Shown: in pieces, positions 47,954-57,519 of the stretch | Layout: each line of letters opens with the position of its first letter | How positions within the stretch are numbered: position 1 is the stretch's first letter | Made by a program: the position numbers and the translations under genes | The notes under the pieces: model-generated | Told to the model about the DNA's origin: nothing | The model's database searches: none | The model's input: only the letters and a program-made list of their open reading frames with translations | Assembly (NCBI GenBank): GCA_965198175.1 | Contig: OZ240245.1 | Coordinates: 832,001 to 896,000 of the forward strand | Source of the DNA: Candidatus Poribacteria bacterium | GTDB lineage: Bacteria > Poribacteria > WGA-4E > PCPOR2b | Length of the DNA stretch: 64,000 nucleotides | Direction: 5' to 3'

Positions 47954-50230
47954 CTACTTGACAATAACCATCCGCCGTAACGCGGTGTAATCACCCGCAC
48001 GGAGTTGATAGAAATAGGTGCCGCTTGTCACAGATTCTCCGTTTTGGTTACGACCATCCCAATATGCTGCTTTTGCTTTGCCTCGGTAGATTCCCGAAAT
48101 TTGACGTCCAATGTCGAGTGTGTGGACGATATGACCGCTCTGGTCATAGACGATCAAGGTCACGAGTGCATCGTTTGCCAAGCGATACGGTATCCAAGTT
48201 TCCGGGTTGAACGGGTTCGGATAATTTTGCAGCAACGCCGTGCGTTTGATGTTTGCCAGGGTCGTCGTGCGCCTTCCCAGAGAGCTTACCCCAACCCCAA
48301 CTTCTGTGGAAGAGGTAAGTTCCCAAAGCAATACGGTGCCGTCCAAACTTCCGCTAGCGAGTGTGTGTCCATCGGGACTGAACGCGACGCTCTGGACGCC
48401 CATCGTATGCCCCTTAAGCGTACCCAAGAGTTCTCCCGTATCGATGTCCCACAGTCGGATGGTATCGTCCCAACTCCCCCCACTTGCGAGAGTGCGTCCA
48501 TCGGGACTGAAGGCAACACTCTCGACATCACGCGTATGCCCGGTGAGCGTTCGCAGGTGTTTACCTGTATCAACGTCCCACAGACGGATGGTATCGTTCC
48601 AGCTCCCACTTGCAATGGTGCGTCCGTCGGGACTAAACGCAACGCTCGTAACCCAATCCGTATGCCCGGTGAGGGTTCGCAGTTGTTTTCCGGTATCAAC
48701 ATCCCACAGACGGATCGTGCCGTCCAATCCCGCACCACTCGCGAGTGTGTGTCCATCGGCACTAAAGGCAACGCTCGTGACCGAATCCGTATGTCCGGTG
48801 AGCGATCGCCGGAGTTTTCCGGAATCGGTGTCCCACAGCCGGATGGCATTGTCCCGACTTCCCCCACTTGCGAGAGTGCGTCCATCGGGACTGAACACAA
48901 CGGTATTGACCCAACCCTCATGCTCCTTGAGCGTTCGCAGATGTTCTCCCGTGTCAACGTCCCACAATTGGATAATGTCTCCGTCACCACTTGCGAGAGT
49001 GCGTCCATCGGGACTAAACGAAACGGCATCGACCCGACTCGTATACTCGGCGATTGATCGCCTGTGTATTCCGGTATCGGCGTCCCACAGACTAATGGTA
49101 GCGTTCCCACTCCCACTTATGGTACGTCCTCCATTGGGACTGAACGCAACGCTATAAAACGAACTCACGCTTGCGAGTGTATCGCCATTGGGACTGAATG
49201 CAACGCTCCAGACCGAATCCGTATGCCCGGCGATTGTTCGCTGGTGTATTCCGGTATTGGCGTTCCACAGACGGATGGTATCGTCCTGGCTTCCACTTGC
49301 GAGCGTGCGTCCTTCCGGGCTGAATGCAACGCTCCTGACCGATTTCGTATGCTCCTTTAGCGATCCCAGGAGTTTTCCCGTATTGGCGTTCCACAGACGG
49401 ATGGTATCGTCCTGGCTTCCACTTGCGAGTGTGTGTCCATCGGGACTAAAGGCAACGCTATTGATTCGACTCGCATGCCCGGAGAGGGTTCTCCAGTGAT
49501 TTCCTGAATCTGTGTCCCACAGTCGGATGGTACGATCCCCACTGCCACTTGCGAGCATGTGCCCATCGGGACTGAATGCAACGCTCCAGACCGAATCCGT
49601 ATGCCCGGCGATTGTTCGCTGGTGTATTCCGGTATTGGCGTTCCACAGACGGATGGTATCGTCCTGGCTTCCACTTGCGAGTGTGTGTCCATCGAGACTG
49701 AACGCAACGCTATTGACCGAATCCGTATGCCCGGTGAGCGTTCGCTGGTGGTCTCCCGTATCGGTGTCCCACAGACGGATGGTATCGTCCCAACCCCCAC
49801 TTGCAATGATGTGTCCATTGGGACTGAACGCAACGCTATTGACCCAACTCGCATGCCCCATGAAAGTTTGCAGATGTTTACCTGTATCGGCGTTCCACAG
49901 ACGGATGGTACGGTCTTCACTCCCACTTGCAATGGTGTGTCCGTCGGGACTGAACGCTACGCTCAAAACCGCACCCGTATGCCCGGTGAGCAGGTCCACC
50001 TCTTGATGGGTCACCGTATCGTAGAGCCAAATACCGATACTGCTGGCGACCGCAAGGCGGGTGCCGTCGGGCGAATAATGAATTTCACTTATCCTGCCTT
50101 TACCAATCCGGGCTTTTGCCCCTTCGGGTAGATTCCACTGCGGAGAATCTTGGGCGTCACTGTGCGGTAAAAATAGAGCGGAAACAAAAAAGAATAATAG
50201 GCTAAGCTTGAAAAACATCGCTCTCTTCAT
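47954..50230 (-). CDS. Secreted WD40-FlgD_Ig protein (paralog 5)
   Basis: Same architecture; blade SQDDTIRLWNANTGIHQRTIAGHTDSVWSVAFSP occurs twice, 378 bp apart; one truncated blade (SVSSFYSVAFSP). Confidence 0.93.
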   Translation of the reverse strand: MKRAMFFKLSLLFFFVSALFLPHSDAQDSPQWNLPEGAKARIGKGRISEIHYSPDGTRLAVASSIGIWLYDTVTHQEVDLLTGHTGAVLSVAFSPDGHTIASGSEDRTIRLWNADTGKHLQTFMGHASWVNSVAFSPNGHIIASGGWDDTIRLWDTDTGDHQRTLTGHTDSVNSVAFSLDGHTLASGSQDDTIRLWNANTGIHQRTIAGHTDSVWSVAFSPDGHMLASGSGDRTIRLWDTDSGNHWRTLSGHASRINSVAFSPDGHTLASGSQDDTIRLWNANTGKLLGSLKEHTKSVRSVAFSPEGRTLASGSQDDTIRLWNANTGIHQRTIAGHTDSVWSVAFSPNGDTLASVSSFYSVAFSPNGGRTISGSGNATISLWDADTGIHRRSIAEYTSRVDAVSFSPDGRTLASGDGDIIQLWDVDTGEHLRTLKEHEGWVNTVVFSPDGRTLASGGSRDNAIRLWDTDSGKLRRSLTGHTDSVTSVAFSADGHTLASGAGLDGTIRLWDVDTGKQLRTLTGHTDWVTSVAFSPDGRTIASGSWNDTIRLWDVDTGKHLRTLTGHTRDVESVAFSPDGRTLASGGSWDDTIRLWDIDTGELLGTLKGHTMGVQSVAFSPDGHTLASGSLDGTVLLWELTSSTEVGVGVSSLGRRTTTLANIKRTALLQNYPNPFNPETWIPYRLANDALVTLIVYDQSGHIVHTLDIGRQISGIYRGKAKAAYWDGRNQNGESVTSGTYFYQLRAGDYTALRRMVIVK

Positions 50231-50483
50231 TGGAATAATCCTCCATATTTGAGTAAGGCGGTATATTCCCTCGATTTCTATTTTTGGAGCACGATCTCGG
50301 TTTTAGAGCCTGTTTGAAAAAGAAAAAGTTGCGCGAACGGTTGATGTTTACTTTTACTAATTGGGGGAGTTAATTCTGAACCAATGATAAGGAGCAAATA
50401 TGAACCGCCGGAGTTATTCCAGCGATTTGACAGATGCACAATGGGAGCAACTATTTTCATTTTTGCCAACCCCTCAACCCTTA

Positions 50484-50612
50484 AAGCCTGTTTGAATAGT
50501 CCAAATCCCTCTTCGAGAGAGACTATTTTGAGGTAAATACCCTGTAAATTCGATGATTTTGATTTTCAAATGTTCAAACAACTGCTTTGCTACCTACTTT
50601 TCAAACAGGCCC
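50484..50612. mobile_element. 129-bp MITE, copy 2
   Basis: AAGCCTGTTTGAA...TTCAAACAGGCCC with TTA/TAA flanks; abuts the TonB receptor stop codon. Confidence 0.8.
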
Positions 50613-52924
50613 TAAAACCGATTATCCAGACTGACAATCACATTGAACCCCGGCGCATTGATACCGGAGCCGTGCTCACGGTATCGCTTGTCCAGCAGGT
50701 TCTCAAGTGCAAGGGTGAGTCGATTAACTTCGGTCATCTGTATCCCGCCGCGCAGATTAAGCGTCACCCACCCCGGCGAACCTTGTCCAATCGCTTCACC
50801 ATCGGAATTAAATGTGACTTCACCCGTTTCACGAGTAGTCCCCGGGATACGCGGGTCTCTAATATCGCTGCGACTTAAGCGTCGCTGCTCAGTGGCGCCG
50901 CGGACGAACAATTCAGCCCAAAACCGATTTGCTGGCGGATGCCAGCGGAGCCCGAACATCCCGTTGAGTGGTGGTTCGCGGCGAATCCGTTCCTCCCACG
51001 GATTGTCGGGATTGGGCGCCGCGCCGTTTATGACTAATACCTTTCCGCGCGTGAACATCGCGTTTCCGTAAACCGACCAACTGTATTGAATGGGAACCAT
51101 TCCAGCAAACTCGATGCCTTGAATCTGCACTTCATCAACATTGTCGAACACATAGACATCAATGTCCGGATTGTTTCGCTGGATTTCCGTAATCAGGCTT
51201 GGAGGCGCCTTTCCAGCGTAAGCGTCTTCGACCGCAACACGGGAGACCAAATCGCTGATGCGACTGTGAAAAAGCGTGAGCGAACCGATAAACTCCTGAT
51301 AGCGCGCCTTAAAACCCCCTTCTGCTGTCCACCCCGTTTCCGATTCGAGGTCGGGAGAAGGGGAGTCGATGCCCTCATTTGTGACTTCGACAGCGGTCGT
51401 GTCATTCAACGAGGGTGCGCGGAACGATGTGGCGAAATTGCCAACGACGTTCAATCCGTCTGTGATTCCCGCGACGACGCCTGCACTGCCCGTCAATGCG
51501 TTCCCGGATTCGTTGAAATCGCCAAACTGATGGGAACGCACCGAGAGGTCGGCTTGCGTGTTATAGTGCGTATATCGTCCGCCGAGCGTCAGTTCGATGC
51601 GGTCATGCAATTCGATTTCATCTTGGACGTAAAGGTTTGCATCCCAGAAGCGAGAACCGTCGATAAACCGTCCTTTTGTGCTGTCTACCGTCTCAGCCCC
51701 AGTCGTGATGTCAGTTTTGACCGTTTGGCTCGACAGCGTATCGAAGTAAAATTCGCCGCCTGCGACAACACGCTGCATCGGCGGAGATGAATTGGTCGCC
51801 TGTGCGCTGAGACCAAATGTGTTGACGGTATCGAACCGCTCACGCCGTTCCGACGCATCGCGCTTGAGCTCATTTCGCCCTTCTTTTTGCCTATGAAATG
51901 AGGCGGTGAATCGCAACTGGTCAATCGCAGAGCTGGTTGGTTCGGACAGATAGGTCACATAGAGTAGGTCCCGGTGTTGGGGTTCGAAAAAGAACTCATC
52001 GAACTCGCGCGGTGCAATCTTATCGTAGCGCGGGGTTTTCGGCTGACGCCAGAGTTGGTAGGCGAGGTTGACTGCGCTGGTATCGCTGAGTTGGTATGCG
52101 AGTTTGGCGTCGCCATCGTAAGCGCTCCAATCGAGCGGAGTTTCGGAATCAATCAGCCAACGATCGGGGACATTATAGGGGGGACCTTCGGAGAGTTTCA
52201 CGCCGGATGGTCTGTCGGTAACAATCTCAAATTTGCGGTTCTTGTAGTGCAGGTCGTAGCCGTTGCCCGGATTGACGTCACCAAACCGTCGAGCGGACGC
52301 GCCGACCGAAAATCCGAGTCGATTTCGGCTTCCCATCACCTCAAGCCGTCCAAGCCGCTCTGAAGCCCCGGAAGCGAATCGACCGAAGGCGCGGGACTGG
52401 ATTTCCCATTTTTCCGTTGCATTGTCCAGAATCAAATCTTTAGTGAACATGCTGATGACTCCGCCCATTGCGCCGCTGCCGTATAGCATCGACCCGGAAC
52501 CGCGCAGTACTTCAATTCGGTCAAGGCTATCCGGGCTGATTGTACCCAAATACTGATTCGGCCCGGAGCGGAAGGTGGAATTGTTGAGTCGGACTCCATC
52601 TATCGAAAGAAAGGCTTGATAGCCGGTGAGTCCGCGCAACAGCGGAGAACCTTGTCCGGCTGTCGTTTGCTGTGCCCAGACCCCCACGGTTTCGCGTAGG
52701 ATTCGGGGCGCGATGTCGCCGTTGATACGCTCGATTTGCGCTCGGTCAATAACCGAAATCGCGTTCGGCGTTCGGAAGGTGTCTTTTGCGACGCGGGTTA
52801 TGACCGTAATTTCGTCTAACTCAATGGGATGCGCCTCCGCTTCGTCCGCCCGAGAAAAAGCTAGGTTGATACTAATCAGAAAGAAACTCAATCCTACCCA
52901 TAGCTGTTTTCGTCTAATTGTCAT
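50612..52924 (-). CDS. TonB-dependent receptor
   Basis: LDEITVIT, RIEVLRGSGSMLYGSGAMGGVI, FRAPSL, ENLLDKRYREHGSG, C-terminal F. Confidence 0.93.
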   Translation of the reverse strand: MTIRRKQLWVGLSFFLISINLAFSRADEAEAHPIELDEITVITRVAKDTFRTPNAISVIDRAQIERINGDIAPRILRETVGVWAQQTTAGQGSPLLRGLTGYQAFLSIDGVRLNNSTFRSGPNQYLGTISPDSLDRIEVLRGSGSMLYGSGAMGGVISMFTKDLILDNATEKWEIQSRAFGRFASGASERLGRLEVMGSRNRLGFSVGASARRFGDVNPGNGYDLHYKNRKFEIVTDRPSGVKLSEGPPYNVPDRWLIDSETPLDWSAYDGDAKLAYQLSDTSAVNLAYQLWRQPKTPRYDKIAPREFDEFFFEPQHRDLLYVTYLSEPTSSAIDQLRFTASFHRQKEGRNELKRDASERRERFDTVNTFGLSAQATNSSPPMQRVVAGGEFYFDTLSSQTVKTDITTGAETVDSTKGRFIDGSRFWDANLYVQDEIELHDRIELTLGGRYTHYNTQADLSVRSHQFGDFNESGNALTGSAGVVAGITDGLNVVGNFATSFRAPSLNDTTAVEVTNEGIDSPSPDLESETGWTAEGGFKARYQEFIGSLTLFHSRISDLVSRVAVEDAYAGKAPPSLITEIQRNNPDIDVYVFDNVDEVQIQGIEFAGMVPIQYSWSVYGNAMFTRGKVLVINGAAPNPDNPWEERIRREPPLNGMFGLRWHPPANRFWAELFVRGATEQRRLSRSDIRDPRIPGTTRETGEVTFNSDGEAIGQGSPGWVTLNLRGGIQMTEVNRLTLALENLLDKRYREHGSGINAPGFNVIVSLDNRF

Positions 52925-52989
52925 CGGTTGCTCTCCTTACCGCACGTTTTTTAATTGCTCAATTTTGAAACCGCGTATGAATGGCAGAC

Positions 52990-53005
52990 GCAATCCCCAT
53001 GCCAA
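52990..53005 (-). promoter_or_regulatory. Sigma-54 promoter for the TonB receptor
   Basis: Minus strand TTGGCATGGGGATTGC, GG-N10-GC, 66 bp upstream of the ATG. Confidence 0.65.
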
Positions 53006-53368
53006 ATGGATTTAGCTCGCAAAACCCCTCTATACCCCGATTTCCTACGGTTTTTTCTTTCAGATGCTTTTCCGCTGTTCAATTTCTGGACAGTTGTGTT
53101 CACGAGATGAACACGTCGCCGAGTTATAAAATCTCCGGCGCCATCTCATTTTTTTTGGGAAACAGTTTGGGCGAAACCCTAATTCACTCCCCCCAGACCA
53201 CAGAAAAAATCTTGAATTCTTTGTTCAAACACTGTAAGATTAGCACGTAGGTTGGGTTGTATCGCACTCCCGAAACATATCGCTAGTTCCAATTGAATTA
53301 CGCGGTACGTGTCTGATTGATGCCTCCCAAACAGTGAAACCCAACACTACCCTTCACAGGAGCCAGAG

Positions 53369-54559
53369 ATAGAGAAATCAAGCGTCAATGTCCACATTAT
53401 CGTATTTCTTAACGTCCTTTTGCTTCAGGTTGCCTCTGCTGATGCAATCTCGGAATCCGAGAATCAAAAAGCACAGGTATCGACTGTTCTCAGCAACGGA
53501 GCGCCAGCAGCTAAAGAGGTGCCTCAGCTAGCGAAACAGATTTGGGAGGAGTTTTTCTTTGCCGATGCACGATTCCGCCAAGAGAGCATCTTTCAAGCGG
53601 ATTCTCCGAGTCGCTATCGGTATCGTATACGATACCGTACCGGCGGGAACTTTCCAATTCATCCACACGTGAATCTCGGCTTCAGAATGGTCACGGGTGC
53701 GACGGATGACCCAACCACAGGCAATGTGGATCTGGGCGATTATTTCTCGAAGAAGGGATTCAACCTCGATCGACTCTTTTTCCGATATTCGCCCAATCCC
53801 TTGCTGACGATTACAGTGGGCAAATTTGCCAACCCGTTTGAGCATATTGAGCTGGTTTTTCACAACGACGTGCAGATTGAAGGTGCAGCCCAACAGTTCC
53901 GCATAAACAACCTAGGCTTTATTTCTCAGGTACAGGCAAATCTGGGGCAATTCATTCTGGCGGAGACGAAAAGTGAACCAGATACCAATCTTTTTGCGGG
54001 GCAACTGTTTTTCAAGGGGTTTCAACTCAAAGGGTTGTCGTTTGGTGCTACGCTCTACGAATATCGGAATGAGGACAACATCGCCCAAGCGGTTGAAGAT
54101 GGTAGGTTGGCTGGTGGGGATACCAATGCGCGGATCGGCGCAGGTACAGGGACATCAGTCTATCCATTTGGATTCAGGATTATTGAGGGGCTTGCGAAAT
54201 ACGAATTTGTAATCGAAACCATGCCGGTGTGGTTTCTCACTGCTTATGCGCAGAACCGATTGGCAAATTTGGATGATTCGGGGTATTGGTTTGAGATTGG
54301 TGTTGGTCCGTTACTTCGCTTACACAAGCTGCGTGCGCTTTACCATTATGTCTGGGTTGAACAACAATCGATGATATCGAACTATAACAATGCGGATATA
54401 TTTAATCCCAATACACACGGGCATGAACTGAAATTCGCGTTGCCGGTCGAGAAGAATATCAGCGTGGAAGTGTTATATTTCATTGCTAAGAAGATCATCC
54501 CATCCGGATTAAATCCCTATCAGCACAAGACTCGAGTACAGATTAAAGCGAAATTCTAA
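53369..54559 (+). CDS. Putative outer-membrane porin (beta-barrel)
   Basis: RYRYRIRYR, GFRMVTG..DPTTGN, GKFANPF, alternating beta strands, C-terminal KF. Start uncertain: ATA at 53369 after AGGAG, or TTG at 53420. Confidence 0.75.
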   Translation: MEKSSVNVHIIVFLNVLLLQVASADAISESENQKAQVSTVLSNGAPAAKEVPQLAKQIWEEFFFADARFRQESIFQADSPSRYRYRIRYRTGGNFPIHPHVNLGFRMVTGATDDPTTGNVDLGDYFSKKGFNLDRLFFRYSPNPLLTITVGKFANPFEHIELVFHNDVQIEGAAQQFRINNLGFISQVQANLGQFILAETKSEPDTNLFAGQLFFKGFQLKGLSFGATLYEYRNEDNIAQAVEDGRLAGGDTNARIGAGTGTSVYPFGFRIIEGLAKYEFVIETMPVWFLTAYAQNRLANLDDSGYWFEIGVGPLLRLHKLRALYHYVWVEQQSMISNYNNADIFNPNTHGHELKFALPVEKNISVEVLYFIAKKIIPSGLNPYQHKTRVQIKAKF

Positions 54560-54580
54560 TCCGTCACATGGAGAATAGAC

Positions 54581-56209
54581 ATGGCATACCGTGACATCTT
54601 AGATAAAATCCGGCTCACCTTTCCTCAACCGGTATCGCACCCCATCCATGACTCGTATTTCGTGCATTCCATTATGCGCGCTTTGGATCAGGTTGACGCG
54701 CTGAAAACGCATCTGCCGATGCTCGGCGGCGTCGTAACCGGCGATTTCGAGCGTGCAAAAGCGGCGACGCTACCGGATGGAATGTCCTCGGTCGAGGATG
54801 TTACGACTAACCTCGTGAGTTACCTCCGAGGCATGACCATCTTTGGGCATCCTCGTACCCAACAGAACGTTGTTCCTCCACCGACGATTCCAAGTCTGAT
54901 TGGAGTACTCCTCGCTGCTCTGTATAATCCGAATCTGGCTTGGGACGAATACAGCCGCCTGGTTGCATTGGCTGAAGTTGAGGTGGTCGCCATGACCTCA
55001 CAATTGATTGGATATTCCCCGGAACAGTCAAGCGGTGTGTTTACCTTTGGCGGCACCGGAACGACACTCTACGGCGTGAAGCTTGGCTTGGAAAAGGCTT
55101 GCCCGGAGACGATACGTACGGGCGTGCCTGAGAACGCTGTCGTTTTTGTGTCTGATGCAGGCCACTATTGTGCAGCTAACATCGCCGGCTGGCTCGGAAT
55201 CGGAACGAACAATCTGATTACGGTTCCGACAACCGTCGAAAACGAGATCGATGTCGTGCAACTTGAGCAGCAAGCTCGGACCGCACTGGCAAACGGGAAA
55301 AAGATTGCTGCCATCATTGCGACCTTGGGCACCACCGATGCATTTGGGTTGGACGATTTAGAGGCAATTGTTGCGTTACGAGACACTCTGGTTGATGAAT
55401 TTCAACTGGATTACCGCCCCCACGTTCACGCAGATGCAGTGATTGGATGGGCGTGGTCAGTTTTTAACGACTACGATTTTGAGAAGAACGCTTTAGGGTT
55501 TCGCCCACGCACCCTCCGCGCATTGGCAGGTGCCTGCCGGCGAATCCGTCATTTATCCTTAGCGGATTCCATCGGAATTGACTTTCATAAAACAGGTTTT
55601 ACACCCTATATCTCCAGTCTCGTCCTCATCAAAAATCAGGCGGATCTGGATCTGGTGAGCCGTCGGCAGGAACAGGTGCCGTTTCTCTACCACTTTGGCG
55701 AATATCGCCCTGGCATGTATACCCTTGAAACCTCCAGAGCCGGGACGGGGGTCCTCGCTGCCCTCGCCAATTTGCGATTGTTCGGCGAACAGGGGTTGCG
55801 CGCTATTCTCGGTCACATCGTTGAAATGACACAACTCCTGCGGGAAAATCTGGAGGGGCACGAAGGCATAACTGTCTTGAACCGGGGAAATTTCGGGACC
55901 GTCACGCTCTTCCGCGCCTATCCAGATGATGTGGATACCTTCTCAATCAAGCAGGATGAATTTGAGGATGCTGCCTATCGCGATAGCTTGCTCTCTCACA
56001 ACGACTACAACCGGAAAATCTTTGAATACGTGCATTCGGAGGCGATGGAGGGGAGGGGAGTTGTCATCTCCACCACGGACTGCTATCGGCGAACCAAATA
56101 CGGCGAACCGATTGTCGCGTTAATGTCATTTATCCTATCCCCATTTGTTGATGAAGGTGATGTTGAAACTGTGGTTTCAAAGGTTCTGGAAGCTAGAAAG
56201 AAAGTCTAA
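54581..56209 (+). CDS. Group II pyridoxal-phosphate-dependent decarboxylase
   Basis: GVFTFGGT, GHYC, TLGTTDAFGLDD, HADAVIG, DFHK (PLP lysine). Confidence 0.9.
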   Translation: MAYRDILDKIRLTFPQPVSHPIHDSYFVHSIMRALDQVDALKTHLPMLGGVVTGDFERAKAATLPDGMSSVEDVTTNLVSYLRGMTIFGHPRTQQNVVPPPTIPSLIGVLLAALYNPNLAWDEYSRLVALAEVEVVAMTSQLIGYSPEQSSGVFTFGGTGTTLYGVKLGLEKACPETIRTGVPENAVVFVSDAGHYCAANIAGWLGIGTNNLITVPTTVENEIDVVQLEQQARTALANGKKIAAIIATLGTTDAFGLDDLEAIVALRDTLVDEFQLDYRPHVHADAVIGWAWSVFNDYDFEKNALGFRPRTLRALAGACRRIRHLSLADSIGIDFHKTGFTPYISSLVLIKNQADLDLVSRRQEQVPFLYHFGEYRPGMYTLETSRAGTGVLAALANLRLFGEQGLRAILGHIVEMTQLLRENLEGHEGITVLNRGNFGTVTLFRAYPDDVDTFSIKQDEFEDAAYRDSLLSHNDYNRKIFEYVHSEAMEGRGVVISTTDCYRRTKYGEPIVALMSFILSPFVDEGDVETVVSKVLEARKKV

Positions 56210-56440
56210 TTACCTCCAAAACCTAGACAAATGAATAAGGCGGAATGCAGTTATAGACATTATACAAACAGCCGATAATCCTTTATGCCCAGCAGCAGAT
56301 CGGGGTTGTATTAAACGCCAAAGTTGTTGAAAACGTCATACAATACGACGAAATGACCAATCGGTGGTCCTTTATGATTGTCTGAATTTGCAAGTGGTTA
56401 ATAAATCAGTTGCCGATTTGCCTAGTCGTGTAAGCAGCCT

Positions 56441-57082
56441 AGACTTGCACGGCAACGGACTCGAAACGTTGACGTTAAGGCGGCGATGGGGACGATTCGT
56501 CAGATTATCCAAAACCTTGACGGTGCCAAGAATTTAGAAACCCTTCTCGGATACGAAGGCGCGGGAGCTTCCGCCCATTACCGAGCATTTCGGCAATTTC
56601 TGGTACACGATTGGGGGTTTACAACGCGCCAATTCCGCCCTCCACCGGATCCAATCAACGCGATGCTCTCGCTCGGCTACACACTCTTACACAACCACAT
56701 TTACGCCTTCATCAATGTCGTTGGGCTCGATCCGTACTGCGGCTATTTTCATCAACCCAGGCATGGCCATGCCGCATTAGCCTCAGATCTAATGGAGGAG
56801 TTCCGCTCAATTATTGTGAATGGATATGTACTCTCGCTTATCAACAAAAATCGTGTCCGCCCCGAGGACTTCAATCAAACTAAAAAAGGAATCCGCTTCA
56901 CCAAAGAAGCACTAGGACGGTTTCTCACCGGATACTATGGGCGGATGCAGCAGACCTTTCAACACCCAACCCGCAAGGAAAAGACAAACTACCTTCGCTG
57001 TATTGAACTTCAGGTCAGACATTTGGCGCGCGTCATAACAAGTGAAGAACCGACATACAAACCGTTTCTCATCCGTGTTTAG
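56441..57082 (+). pseudogene. cas1: 5'-truncated CRISPR-associated Cas1
   Basis: LLGYEG, RPPPDPINAMLSLGYTLL, GLDPYCGYFH, ALASDLMEEFR, YKPF; an in-frame TAG at 56423 leaves no N-terminal beta domain. Confidence 0.85.
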
Positions 57083-57254
57083 AGGAGATTTACCACGTCT
57101 GTCCAAACGGAACGTATCACTTAGCAAAACCTTTTTAGACTTTGTAGGAGTGGTTGTTAAGCAGAGGTTCCCGTGGTACGGTTCCTTGATAATCTCTCGT
57201 TAATCAATAATTCGTCGTTTTATGCCCTGTCTGTGTGATTTTTGTGCAAAACAC

Positions 57255-57519
57255 TTAACATTCCTGCCGATTTGTAGTATACTTAAACAACACCCAAACA
57301 CGGCTGATTCACCGGGTGAAAATTTGGCGCAAATTGCCCCAAAAGCTAGGCTAGGTCTGGGTTTTCGGCGTGTTTTGTTGAAAAATCGTGTTTGGATCAG
57401 TGTTGGTGGGAGGTTGTGGCGTTTTGGCATCCTATTTTTGCCGTAAAAAATTGGCGCGCAGTTCGTGTTTGGTTTTGGGGTGTGCGAAGCCACGGCCCCA
57501 CTGGATCCAAAAAGGTAGA
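57255..57519 (+). promoter_or_regulatory. CRISPR leader with putative sigma-70 promoter
   Basis: TTAACA-17 bp-TATACT (57255-57283); T-rich non-coding tract next to the non-degenerate end of the array. Confidence 0.6.

Noticed and set aside
34265..50131. Long alternative-frame and antisense ORFs over WD40 genes (e.g. 37073-38551, 39762-40925, 48005-49057)
   Set aside because: Shadow ORFs: a 126-bp repeat unit without stops in other frames propagates open frames; the products have no recognisable features.
33973..50230. Diversity-generating retroelement as the source of WD40 variation
   Set aside because: No reverse transcriptase in the window, no non-coding template repeat, and differences are not visibly adenine-specific.
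33973..50230. WD40 DNA periodicity as a CRISPR-like array
   Set aside because: Repeats are in-frame coding units of about 126 bp with no unique spacers.
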